DNA from: Chthoniobacterales bacterium
Lineage (GTDB): Bacteria; Verrucomicrobiota; Verrucomicrobiia; Chthoniobacterales; UBA6821
NCBI GenBank assembly: GCA_049314455.1
Contig: JBMOFC010000005.1
Location: 5,095-69,094 of the forward strand
DNA length: 64,000 nucleotides
Direction of reading: 5' to 3'
Below are positions 1-8,910 of the stretch, one piece after another (position 1 is the first letter of the stretch; each line of letters begins with the position of its first letter). The position numbers and the translations under genes were made by a program. The notes beneath the pieces were generated by a model. It was not told the DNA's origin. It saw nothing but the letters and a program-made list of their open reading frames with translations, and searched no databases.

Positions 1-411
1 GCTTATTCTCTGGTAGGGCTTACTCGTGAAGTTGCCCCACTCATGACGGATGGTGGAAGTATTGTTGCCATGACCTACTATGGAGCAGCTAAGGTCGTCC
101 CTCATTATAATGTTATGGGTGTTGCAAAGGCCTCCCTAGAAGCCAGCACCCGCTATTTGGCTTATGATCTTGGTTCCAAAAAAATTCGCGTGAATTGCAT
201 TAGCGCTGGCCCTGTTCAAACCTTAGCTGCACGTGGCATTTCAGGATTTTCCTCAATGATGAAACATTATGAGGAACATGCGCCACTCAAACGGAGTTGT
301 ACTACCGAAGAACTCGGACATACTGGTGTCTTCTTAGCAAGCGATGGTGCAGCTGGGATTACAGGGCAGGTGTTGTATGTCGATGGAGGGTATGAAATCA
401 TGGGCATGTAG
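1..411 (+). CDS. fabI: enoyl-[acyl-carrier-protein] reductase FabI, C-terminal part (5' end outside window)
   Basis: Frame 1 is open from nt 1. Translation [65 protein letters not shown] matches the FabI Tyr-x6-Lys active-site region and C-terminus. Confidence 0.85.
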   Translation, partial: AYSLVGLTREVAPLMTDGGSIVAMTYYGAAKVVPHYNVMGVAKASLEASTRYLAYDLGSKKIRVNCISAGPVQTLAARGISGFSSMMKHYEEHAPLKRSCTTEELGHTGVFLASDGAAGITGQVLYVDGGYEIMGM

Positions 412-584
412 ATTGATTTAAAATTCTACTGAGGCTGTCCATTGCGGCGGCGCTGCGGTTCTCGTCTCGTCGAGTATTTCCATCTATAATTGGACTTTTG
501 GAGACTATCGACTCCTTGCTCTTAATCTTCCACAGCGAATTTCCAAAGCAATCCCATCATATCCTAATCTTCTGTGAATTTTTC

Positions 585-1982
585 ATGAGCAAGCAAACAA
601 CAGAAGTATTAAAAGATGATTTAATAGCCCTTCTTAGCGATCACTCCTCCCTCATTGAGGATCTAGAACGACGCACAGCATTGGGACATGATGAATGGTT
701 TGCCTCTGCGATGCCAGAAATTGCGGTAGAGCCAGTGACGGCAGAGGAAGTAGCCGCAGTCTTAGCTTATGCTCATGAGCATCGGATTCCAGTTACCACA
801 CGGGGAGCAGGGTATGGTTATGTCGGAGGATGCGTTCCCATCCAAGGTGGAATCTTGCTTTCCACCGTACGGCTCAACCAAATTTTGGAAATTCATCCTG
901 GTGATGGCATCGCAGTCACGCAGCCAGCCGTGATCACCGGAAAACTTCAAGAGGCAGTACGCGCGCAGGGACTTTTTTATCCCCCTGATCCCGCAAGCCT
1001 CGATCATTGTAGTATCGGTGGTAATGTGGCAACCAATGCTGGAGGGCCACGCTGCCTCAAATATGGCGTCACACGTCATTATATTCTAGGACTCCAAGTT
1101 GCCCTTGCCGATGGAACGCTTGTGCGTGTGGGTGGTCGTACACACAAAAACAAAACCGGCTTTGATCTCATTGGAATGTTTGTGGGATCGGAAGGGTTGC
1201 TCGGCATTATCACCGAAGTCACCCTGCGCCTTCTTCCCATGCCACCAGCTCGTGCAACGCTCTCTGCAGGTTTTGCCACCATGCATCAGGCAGCAGCAGC
1301 TGTTCAAGCCATTTTCCGTGCAGGGTATCTTCCCTCAGCGGTTGAAGCAGCTGATCATTTTACACTCGAAGCAGCACGTCGTGATTTAGCAAAAAATCTT
1401 CAAACCCTCATTCCACCGGGACAAGCGCATCTTCTTATTGAAATCGATGGCCAACAAGAAAGCGTCATCAGCGAAACAAAAGCTCTCAAAAAACTGTTAA
1501 TAGAGTGCGATGCACTTCAAGTTGAAGATGCAACCACACCAGAAAGCTGCGATACGATGTGGGCCTTACGACGCTCTTTTTCGATGGCACTGCGCGCGAC
1601 TGGCCTCATTAAACTTAATGAAGATATCGTCGTGCCACGCAGTCGTCTCTGCGATCTGATTGCTTTTACCGAGCAATTACAAAAAGAAAATGGTTTTCCT
1701 ATTGCCTGTTTTGGTCATGCTGGTGATGGCAATATCCATGTCAACATCATGGTCTCGGCTCAGGAACAGCACGATCAGCAAGAAAAAATCGATCGTATGC
1801 TCCAACAACTTTTTCTCCAAATTCTTGAGTGGAATGGAAGTATCACCGGAGAACATGGTATCGGACTGGCCAAGCTACCTTGGTGGAATCTGGCAACCTC
1901 TCCTGAAATACGAGACCTCCACAGCCGCCTCAAGTCAGCACTAGATCCCCGCTATATTTTAAATCCAGGGAAGTTTGTTTAG
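585..1982 (+). CDS. FAD-linked oxidase, GlcD / D-lactate dehydrogenase family
   Basis: FAD-binding PCMH-type N-terminal domain (PVTTRGAGYGYVGGCVP) and C-terminal GEHGIGLAK motif. ATG at 585 is preferred over the TTG at 498, which only adds a non-conserved leader. Confidence 0.75.
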   Translation: MSKQTTEVLKDDLIALLSDHSSLIEDLERRTALGHDEWFASAMPEIAVEPVTAEEVAAVLAYAHEHRIPVTTRGAGYGYVGGCVPIQGGILLSTVRLNQILEIHPGDGIAVTQPAVITGKLQEAVRAQGLFYPPDPASLDHCSIGGNVATNAGGPRCLKYGVTRHYILGLQVALADGTLVRVGGRTHKNKTGFDLIGMFVGSEGLLGIITEVTLRLLPMPPARATLSAGFATMHQAAAAVQAIFRAGYLPSAVEAADHFTLEAARRDLAKNLQTLIPPGQAHLLIEIDGQQESVISETKALKKLLIECDALQVEDATTPESCDTMWALRRSFSMALRATGLIKLNEDIVVPRSRLCDLIAFTEQLQKENGFPIACFGHAGDGNIHVNIMVSAQEQHDQQEKIDRMLQQLFLQILEWNGSITGEHGIGLAKLPWWNLATSPEIRDLHSRLKSALDPRYILNPGKFV

Positions 1983-2154
1983 AGCATTAAAAAGAGTTGT
2001 AGCCGTACATTAGACTTCTTTCAAAACTCGCTGATGGTGATGAAGGACAAAGCGCTCCGGCGCGCAGACCCACAGTGTATAAGTAATACTCGAGGACGCG
2101 AGCACCGAAGTGACGCCGCAATGCGCGATTTTAGACTTTTTTGGACACGCTCTA
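1980..2154. mobile_element. hybrid MITE (family A left terminus + family B/A core), TA-flanked
   Basis: TA-GAGCATTAAAAAGAGTTGTAGCC...CACGCTC-TA. It shares the core GCGCAGACCCACAGTGTA..TACTCGAGGACGCGAGCACCG with copies at 5531, 14498, 17879, 43120 and 51928. Confidence 0.75.
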
Positions 2155-3399
2155 GCCTAAAAACTCTTTAACTATCAACGTCGCATTATGTCCCCCAAAG
2201 CCAAAGGAGTTGCTCATCGCAACACGGACTTTGGTTTCACGGGCTACATTGGGAACATAGTCCAAGTCGCACTCCGGATCAGGAGTTTCTAAGTTGATGG
2301 TGGGTGGAATAATTCCATGCTTGATGGCAAGTACACAGGCGGCTAACTCAATGCCACCAGCGGCACCCAAAAGATGTCCTGTCATCGATTTTGTGGAGCT
2401 GACTGGAACCTTATAAGCATACTCACCCAAAGCACGCTTCACTGCTTTACTTTCACAAATATCACCAATAGGAGTCGATGTCCCATGGGCATTGATGTAG
2501 TTAATCTCTTCAGGATTGACCTGCGCATGACGCATTGCCATCTGCATGCAACGACTTGCTCCTTCTCCCTCAGGAAGAGGAGATGTCATATGATAGGCGT
2601 CAGCACTGAGGCCATAGCCAACTAACTCACAATGAATAGTTGCTCCGCGGCGTTTTGCATGTTCGAGTTCTTCAATCACAAGAATACCGGCTCCTTCCCC
2701 CATCACGAAACCATCTCGATCTTTATCAAAAGGACGAGAAGCTTTTTTCGGTTCATCATTACGTGTGCTCAATGCCCTCATGGAAGCAAACCCTGCAAGA
2801 CCCAATGGAGAAACAGTAGCCTCTGTTCCTCCAGCGACGAAAGCATCTGCATCTCCAAATTTAATAATGCGCCACGCTTCTCCAATCGTATTATTCGAGG
2901 TAGCACATGCTGTCACAATAGACATATTGGGTCCGCAAAATCCAAATTCCATCGAAATAAGTCCACTTGCCATATTGCTAATCATCATCGGAATGGTAAA
3001 AGGAGAAACGCGTGATGGTCCCTTTTCATAGAGACGCTTTGTCTCCATTTCCATACTCTGAAGTCCTCCAATGCCACTCCCAATCATGACTCCAACACGA
3101 TCAGGATCTACTTTTGAAGGATCAAAGCCTGCGTCGGCCAGAGCCATCTTAGACGCTGCCATGGCAAACTGTGTAAAGCGATCCGCACGACGCGCATCTT
3201 TTGGATTCTTAAAAAATTTGACCAGATCGATATCTTTTACTTCTCCGGCAATTTTGCAATCGTATCCTTCTGAATTAAAAGCTGTATAAGGCTGGATTCC
3301 ACTATGACCTTCAGTCAGGTTTTTCCAAAAAGTAGCGACGTCATTGCCAACGGGGCTAACAACACCAAGACCTGTGATAACGACTCTGCGATTGTACAT
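2152..3399 (-). CDS. fabF: 3-oxoacyl-[acyl-carrier-protein] synthase II
   Basis: MYNRRVVITGLGVVSPVGN start, active-site ACATS Cys, and the HxTS / NAHGTST His-His motifs of KAS II, ending GFGGHNATLIV. The start at 3399 is preferred over the upstream hydrophobic extension. Confidence 0.9.
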   Translation of the reverse strand: MYNRRVVITGLGVVSPVGNDVATFWKNLTEGHSGIQPYTAFNSEGYDCKIAGEVKDIDLVKFFKNPKDARRADRFTQFAMAASKMALADAGFDPSKVDPDRVGVMIGSGIGGLQSMEMETKRLYEKGPSRVSPFTIPMMISNMASGLISMEFGFCGPNMSIVTACATSNNTIGEAWRIIKFGDADAFVAGGTEATVSPLGLAGFASMRALSTRNDEPKKASRPFDKDRDGFVMGEGAGILVIEELEHAKRRGATIHCELVGYGLSADAYHMTSPLPEGEGASRCMQMAMRHAQVNPEEINYINAHGTSTPIGDICESKAVKRALGEYAYKVPVSSTKSMTGHLLGAAGGIELAACVLAIKHGIIPPTINLETPDPECDLDYVPNVARETKVRVAMSNSFGFGGHNATLIVKEFLG

Positions 3400-3704
3400 A
3401 AAAAATAAAAAGATTTTCCGAAAGAAAATAATCGCTAAATAGAAGAATGCAACCTTCATCTCAATTTTCTGGAGAAAATTGAAAGGCGTTAACTGACTAC
3501 TAACCTCTACAAGCAGAAAACTAATAGGGATGGAAGGAATGAAAAGCTGCTATGTGGCTGCTGAAGTTGAAATTGAAGTAGGACGCGACTGTTTTTTCTT
3601 GATCCCTTCCATCGCTATTAATTTCTTTTTCAGTTATTTTAGTTATATTGTTAGTTACATTTTTTTTGCTTTTATTCGCGATTTTGTAGAATCTCTTTTT
3701 TGAT

Positions 3705-4091
3705 ATGAACCCATCTGAAACACCCTCTTTTCCAAAGCACCATTTGAGCTCTGAAGCAGCAAGATCCTGGTGCATGGGGCTCCACCTCTCTGGTTTGAGT
3801 GGTCTTCTACTCCCTATCATTTTGGCACACATTCTCGTGCCACTCACCATCTGGCTCTTGAAGCGCTCGGAAAGCTACGAAATCGATCGTACGGGCAAGG
3901 AAGTTTTAAATTTTCAACTCTCCTACACGCTCTACCTGCTTGTGGCAGGAGGACTTTGTTGGATTCTCATTGGTTTCCTTATTTTTCCTTTTTTCTTTAT
4001 TGCATGGCTCTTGCTGCCAATCCTAGCAGCTATCAAGACCAACAATGGAATTCACTACAGATACCCTTTAACACTCCATTTCTTAAAATAA
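3705..4091 (+). CDS. small membrane protein, DUF4870-like
   Basis: W..L.HLSGL....PLTIWLLKR..S.....GKEVLNFQLS pattern and 3-4 predicted TM helices, recalled from the DUF4870 family. Confidence 0.5.
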   Translation: MNPSETPSFPKHHLSSEAARSWCMGLHLSGLSGLLLPIILAHILVPLTIWLLKRSESYEIDRTGKEVLNFQLSYTLYLLVAGGLCWILIGFLIFPFFFIAWLLLPILAAIKTNNGIHYRYPLTLHFLK

Positions 4092-4146
4092 ATAAGGCAA
4101 CTGCCAACGTCATTTTATTTCAAAGAAATAAAACAACATTGGCAGT

Positions 4147-4267
4147 GTTTAGGGGTTTAGGATGCTGCAGAAGTAAAATTTGAATTCTAAAAATTTCACT
4201 TTGTATCGTAGCCAAATCATTTTTGAATCTAAAAAGCAACTTTCACTAACTTCCTAAACCTTTAAAC
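4147..4267. repeat. family F palindromic element (GTTTAGG-word arms)
   Basis: GTTTAGGGGTTTAGGATGCTGCAG...CAAATCATTTTTGAATCTAAAAAGCAACTTTCAC...CCTAAACCTTTAAAC. Related copies at 28808, 45560 and 49724. Confidence 0.7.
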
Positions 4268-4407
4268 TCTCTCTATCAACGGGACTTTGGTAGAGACAAA
4301 ATAAGAAATCGTTTGTTTTCCATCTCTCTTTAGAATACCTTTCCATGAAGGTAAAAAATTGGAGAAGAGAGATATGTTTCTATCTCCTATCTTCTACCTT
4401 TAAAAAG

Positions 4408-4789
4408 GGGGGCGCACTGGTTTCGACCCGAAGCTGGTTATACGTTCTGCACGCCGAGGATGATCAGTTGGCCTCGTAAAAAATCTGGTCAACCAAATAA
4501 ATGCAAAAAATGCAAATATTGCAGCTAGCTTCGGCGAAACTGCAGCTCTCGCAGCTTAATTAATCTGCGACGTTCTCACACTGATGTCTATTAGGTGTGC
4601 GAGCGACACTAGTAGGCTCGTTTCACGGCGGAGAGACCGCGCTAGGAAACAAGATAATTCGTGGACTCTCGGAGAAGGGTAGCGCGGTGTATCGTAGTTC
4701 TTCTCCTAAATCAAAAATGCACATAAGCATGTAGACGGGCGTATTTGTTAGTCTCGGGCACAGGGGTTCAACTCCCCTCGCCTCCACCA
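4408..4789 (+). ncRNA. ssrA: tmRNA (SsrA)
   Basis: 5' GGGGGCG pairs with 3' CGCCTCC-A-CCA, with a G3:U wobble (alanine identity). T-arm GGGGTTCAACTCCCC. Internal tag frame 4503-4559 encodes AKNANIAASFGETAALAA followed by TAA. Confidence 0.9.
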
Positions 4790-4810
4790 GGAGCCTGTTT
4801 TGCAGGCTCC
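4790..4810 (+). terminator. hairpin directly after the tmRNA 3' end
   Basis: GGAGCCTG-TTTTG-CAGGCTCC, an 8-bp stem. No clear U-tract follows, so terminator function is uncertain. Confidence 0.35.
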
Positions 4811-4836
4811 GTTGGAGAGCCTACACAACAGGCTTA

Positions 4837-4990
4837 GTTGAAGTTCAAAGTTTAAGTTGAAGTGGAAAAACTAGTTCTTACATTCAACACTTAAACATCT
4901 TTTCAAAAATTACTAAAACACTGGACTGCTAAAAATTTTTTGATATCCGCGAAACGTTCAAAACTTCAACTTCAACTTCAACTTCAACTT
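4837..4990. repeat. palindromic element with GTTGAAG-word arms
   Basis: Left arm GTTGAAGTTCAAAGTTTAAGTTGAAGTGG. Right arm is (CTTCAA) x4.5 at 4964-4990, the reverse complement of the left-arm word. Confidence 0.6.
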
Positions 4991-5018
4991 ACCACCTAAC
5001 CTAATCGCGAAGCGATTT

Positions 5019-6011
5019 ATGCGCCATTTTCAACATCTTCTCGAATCTCACTGGTCGCAAAGTCGTTTTGTCTGTGTGGGACTCGATAGTGAATTGTCCA
5101 AACTTCCCGCTTCTGCGCTACACTATGATCAGGAAGGGAACGTCGATAGTGCTGCAAGCTTGATCGCTTTTAACCGAGCCATCATTGAAGCAACACACGA
5201 TCTTGTCTGTGCCTACAAACCGAACACTGCCTTCTACGAAGCTTATGGAATCGCAGGGATGGTAGCCCTTGAAAAAACAATTTCTCTCATTCATGAAATT
5301 GCACCCACGGTTCCTGTCATTCTAGATGCGAAACGCGCTGACATTGGCAATACTAATAATGGCACTGTGACCTTTGCGTTTGATTACTTAAAAGCTGATG
5401 CGATCACACTTCATCCCTATCTGGGCAAAGAAGCCCTCGAACCCTTCCTAGCGCGCAAAGAAAAAGGGGCTATCATCCTCTGCAAGACCTCTAATGTTGG
5501 TTCAGATGAATTTCAAAATCTCATCGTCAATAGACTTTTTTCCAAACTCGCTGATGATGATGAAGGACAAGGCACTCCGGCGCACAGACCCGCAGTGTAC
5601 AAAGAAGTACCCGAGGACGCGAACACCGGGGTAACGCTGTCATTCGCACCAGCAGTAGAGTTTCGAAAGAAGTCTGATGAAGAGCCACTTTATAAAATCG
5701 TAGCAAGGCGTGTTGCCGAAGAATGGAACGCCAATGGAAACTGCGGTCTTGTAGTCGGCGCCACCTATCCCAAAGAAATCGAAGCTGTACGAAAGATTGC
5801 TCCAAATATGCCACTCCTTATCCCAGGAATTGGGGCTCAAGGAGGGTCTGTCGAACAAACAGTCGCTGCTGCACGCACGCAGCAAGGTACTAGGATGATC
5901 ATCAACTCCTCACGCGGCATTATTTTTGCTTCATGCGAAGAAGATTTTGCAGAAGCTGCACGTTGTGAGACAGAAAAGCTTCATCAGTTGATTCAAAAAG
6001 CAAACTCATGA
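5019..6011 (+). CDS. pyrF: orotidine 5'-phosphate decarboxylase, type 2, carrying a 48-residue repeat-derived insertion
   Basis: VCVGLD, YKPNTAFYE, DAKRADIGNT, KTSN and PGIGAQGG motifs. ATGA overlap with pyrE. 330 aa, against roughly 270-280 aa for type-2 homologues as I recall them. Confidence 0.9.
   Translation: MRHFQHLLESHWSQSRFVCVGLDSELSKLPASALHYDQEGNVDSAASLIAFNRAIIEATHDLVCAYKPNTAFYEAYGIAGMVALEKTISLIHEIAPTVPVILDAKRADIGNTNNGTVTFAFDYLKADAITLHPYLGKEALEPFLARKEKGAIILCKTSNVGSDEFQNLIVNRLFSKLADDDEGQGTPAHRPAVYKEVPEDANTGVTLSFAPAVEFRKKSDEEPLYKIVARRVAEEWNANGNCGLVVGATYPKEIEAVRKIAPNMPLLIPGIGAQGGSVEQTVAAARTQQGTRMIINSSRGIIFASCEEDFAEAARCETEKLHQLIQKANS
5531..5676 (+). mobile_element. family B MITE inserted in frame in pyrF
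   Basis: TA-GACTTTTTTCCAAACTC...GAGTTTCGAAAGAAGTC-TG with inverted termini. 142 nt plus a 2-nt duplication gives 144 nt. A near-identical copy in opposite orientation lies at 51928-52070. Confidence 0.8.
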
Positions 6012-6649
6012 ACCAATCGTCTATTTTAGAGATTCTGCGTAACGTCAACGCCCTCGTTACTGACAGCCATATTGTTTACACCTCAGGCAAGCATGGTTCC
6101 ACTTATATCAACAAAGATGCCCTTTATCCGCACACTGCAGAAACTTCCGAGCTCTGCCGCCTCTTTGCAGAATATTTTGCTCGTGACGCTGTCGATGTTG
6201 TCATCGCTCCTGCGCTAGGCGGGATAATCCTCTCGCAATGGACAGCTCATCATCTTTCTCAACTCAACAAACGTGAAGTCCTCGGTCTCTACGCAGAAAA
6301 AATAGAAGGGACAAAAGACTTCGTTATTAAACGTGGCTACGACAAACTGCTTGCCCAAAAAAATGTTCTCGTTCTCGAAGATGTCCTGACCACGGGAGGC
6401 TCTGTTAAAAAAGTGATCGAGCTCGTACGAACCATGGGAGGTCATGTTGTGGGCCTCGGCGTTCTTTGCAATCGTGGTGGTATTACGAAAGAAGAAGTTG
6501 GTCCTGTTCCAAAACTCCAGGCCCTTGTTTCTATCAACCTAGAAGCCTGGGATCCAGAAGAGTGTCCACTCTGTGCTCAAGGCATTCCGATCAATACCAA
6601 CGTTGGGAAAGGAAGGGAGTTTTTAGAGCGACAGAAGAGAAACCAGTAA
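6008..6649 (+). CDS. pyrE: orotate phosphoribosyltransferase
   Basis: PRPP-binding loop VLVLEDVLTTGGS. Translationally coupled to pyrF. Confidence 0.85.
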   Translation: MNQSSILEILRNVNALVTDSHIVYTSGKHGSTYINKDALYPHTAETSELCRLFAEYFARDAVDVVIAPALGGIILSQWTAHHLSQLNKREVLGLYAEKIEGTKDFVIKRGYDKLLAQKNVLVLEDVLTTGGSVKKVIELVRTMGGHVVGLGVLCNRGGITKEEVGPVPKLQALVSINLEAWDPEECPLCAQGIPINTNVGKGREFLERQKRNQ

Positions 6650-6651
6650 AG

Positions 6652-6790
6652 GCTAATGAGTAATGGATGATGGGTAAAATTTTTAAATCCTTCTTCTTAA
6701 AAACCTAACCCCTTCAATCATCATCGCTCTTTCTTAACGTTGTTTCAGCTTTCTACTCATTACCCATTACTCGTTACCCATTACTTCATC
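6652..6790. repeat. palindromic element with GTAATGG/GTAATGAG-word arms
   Basis: Left arm GCTAATGAGTAATGGATGATGGGTAA. Right arm CTACTCATTACCCATTACTCGTTACCCATTACTTCATC. The same word recurs at 30215-30245. Confidence 0.6.
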
Positions 6791-6861
6791 TGCACTGCAT
6801 TCAGCTTTCAATAAAAATAACCATCCAGGTCCAAAAACTACTCCCTTTAAAACATTTCCTC

Positions 6862-8685
6862 GTGCCTCTCTTCCAACTTCATCAAGTCACCCTCACCTAC
6901 GGGTCATTGCCTCTCCTCAATCAAATCGATCTTCAGATAGAACCTGGTGAGCGGATCTGTCTTGTGGGACGCAACGGTACTGGCAAAACGAGCCTCATGC
7001 GCCTCATGACAGGCGAAGAGACCCCGCGCTCAGGAGAAATTATTTGTGCTCCAGGAACGGTTGTGACCTACCTCACTCAAGAAATTCCAGAAAATATCGA
7101 TGGCTCTGTTATCGAGGTCATCCGCTCAGGGTTGAATCCGAAGTATCACGAAGAAGAATGGGAAAGCGACATCCGTCTCGAGGCTTTGGCAGAGAGGATG
7201 CAGCTTCCCATGGATGATTCTTTTGCTTCGCTCTCCGGGGGACTCAAGCGCCGCACGCTCCTAGCACGAGCGCTCGCGGGAAAGCCAAATCTCCTACTCC
7301 TAGATGAACCAACCAATCATCTCGATCTCGAAACCATCCTCTGGCTCGAAGAATTTTTACTCACCACGCCGATCACTCTTTTCTTTGTCACGCACGATCG
7401 GGCTTTTTTAAAAAAGTTAGCCACGCGCATTGTAGAACTAGACCGTGGGCAGCTCACCAGCTGGAACTGTGATTACACCACTTATCTGGAGCGCAAGGCT
7501 GCATGGTTAGATGCCGAGGAAAAACAATGGTCGACCTTTGATAAGAAACTCGCTCAAGAAGAAGCCTGGCTACGTCAAGGGGTCAAGGCCCGAAGAACGA
7601 GAAACGAAGGACGTGTCCGAGCCCTTGAACAGCTACGCCGCGAACGAGGAGATCGCCGCGAACGTGATGGCAAGGCACGTGTCACCTTGCAAACAGCCAA
7701 CCTTTCAGGCCAGAAAGTGATCGAGGCAAAGGATGTCTGCTTTGGTTATGATAACAAATTGATTGTCGATCACTTCACCACCACTATCTGGCGTGGTGAC
7801 AAAATCGGCATCATCGGTTCCAACGGGACGGGCAAAACCACACTCCTTAAACTGCTACTAGGAGAAATAACGCCCCACTCCGGCTCTGTGCATCTAGGGA
7901 CGAAGCTAGAAGTCGTCTACTTCGATCAGCTACGAGGCGCCATCGATGGAGAAAAAAGTGTGGCCGCCAATGTAGCTGGTGATGCTGATACCATCATCTT
8001 TCAAGGGCGAGCACGTCACATTCATAGCTACCTGGAAGATTTTCTCTTTCATCGTGATCGGATTCGGATGCCTGCCAAAGTTCTTTCAGGAGGAGAGCGT
8101 AATCGTCTCTTGCTTGCCAAGCTATTCCTGCAGCCAGCCAACGTCCTTGTCATGGATGAGCCGACCAATGACCTGGATGCCGAAACGATGGAGCTTCTCG
8201 AAGAGTTAGTGTTGGAGTACAACGGAACACTCCTCTTGGTCTCCCATGATCGTGCCTTTCTAAATAGCGTGGTAACGAGTACCCTTGTTTTTGAGGGAGC
8301 AGGTAAGGTCGTCGAATATAGCGGTGGTTATGATGACTGGATTGCACAACGTCCCACTCCCAAGCCTGAAGTCAAGACATCCTCCTCCCGTGTTGAAAAA
8401 AAACCGGAGCCCCTCAAGCAGAAATCACCACTTCCTGTTTTTCTCAAACGGGAAGAGCGCGAGTTGAGTGAGCTTCCGCTCCTCATCGAACAACGCGAGG
8501 CAGAAAAAGAGGCTCTCTTAGCACAGCTCTGCGATCCTGAGTTCTACAAAAAAGAACCTCAACGACTACGTGAGGTCGAAGGTAACATCGCTACTCTTGA
8601 GGAACAGATCGCACTTCACTACCGTCGCTGGGAAGAGCTAGAGGAAAAACGTAAGAACATTGCTCGTCAATTTGAAGGAGTTTAG
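6862..8685 (+). CDS. ABC-F family ATPase (Uup-like), two ABC domains plus C-terminal coiled coil
   Basis: Walker A motifs GRNGTGKTS and GSNGTGKTT, two LSGG signatures, a charged inter-domain linker and a K/E-rich C-terminal coiled coil. GTG start. Confidence 0.85.
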   Translation: MPLFQLHQVTLTYGSLPLLNQIDLQIEPGERICLVGRNGTGKTSLMRLMTGEETPRSGEIICAPGTVVTYLTQEIPENIDGSVIEVIRSGLNPKYHEEEWESDIRLEALAERMQLPMDDSFASLSGGLKRRTLLARALAGKPNLLLLDEPTNHLDLETILWLEEFLLTTPITLFFVTHDRAFLKKLATRIVELDRGQLTSWNCDYTTYLERKAAWLDAEEKQWSTFDKKLAQEEAWLRQGVKARRTRNEGRVRALEQLRRERGDRRERDGKARVTLQTANLSGQKVIEAKDVCFGYDNKLIVDHFTTTIWRGDKIGIIGSNGTGKTTLLKLLLGEITPHSGSVHLGTKLEVVYFDQLRGAIDGEKSVAANVAGDADTIIFQGRARHIHSYLEDFLFHRDRIRMPAKVLSGGERNRLLLAKLFLQPANVLVMDEPTNDLDAETMELLEELVLEYNGTLLLVSHDRAFLNSVVTSTLVFEGAGKVVEYSGGYDDWIAQRPTPKPEVKTSSSRVEKKPEPLKQKSPLPVFLKREERELSELPLLIEQREAEKEALLAQLCDPEFYKKEPQRLREVEGNIATLEEQIALHYRRWEELEEKRKNIARQFEGV

Positions 8686-8706
8686 CGAGTTTATAAAAAA
8701 ATGCTA

Positions 8707-8873
8707 ATATACCTTTTGCGGATGATTTTTAGGCATTTTATACGTAGGAGTTATTGTCTCTGTCAAGGCGTTCCGAGCGAGACGCTATGCGAACATAACG
8801 TAAGCGAGGACAACGCAGCCAGAGGCAATAAGAACTAGTAGAAAATCCTAAAAATCATTCGTGAAAGGTATAT
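8707..8873. repeat. family E palindromic element
   Basis: ATATACCTTTTGCGGATGATTTTTAGGCATTTT...GAAAATCCTAAAAATCATTCGTGAAAGGTATAT, about 33-nt imperfect inverted termini. Second copy at 29981-30145. Confidence 0.75.
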
Positions 8874-8910
8874 CCCTCAAATTGAGTTCATCTCTTGAAT
8901 CCTTGTGAAT

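Noticed and set aside
498-584. N-terminal extensions offered by the ORF track. They affect 498 (GlcD-like), 3459 (fabF), 24454 (GH64-like), 24448 (rpmH), 26219 (rnpA), 26626 (yidD), 30050 (FMN reductase), 38276 (pyrH), 41998 (ROK), 44606 (Rpn), 49433 (purH) and 50188 (sugar porter).
   Set aside because: Internal ATG starts give N-termini that match the conserved family starts. The extensions are unconserved, often run through repeats, or overlap the upstream gene.
762-1389. Antisense or alternative-frame ORFs inside the GlcD-like gene (762-1079, 1079-1282, 1086-1307, 1099-1389). The same kind of shadow ORFs lie inside fabF, purF, yidC, cbpA, purH, glgB and others.
   Set aside because: They fully overlap well-supported conserved genes, show no recognisable motifs, and are typical shadow ORFs.
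4790-5018. Genomic island or prophage integrated at the tmRNA 3' end.
   Set aside because: There is no integrase and no duplicated tmRNA 3' segment. Only about 230 nt of repeat DNA precede pyrF.
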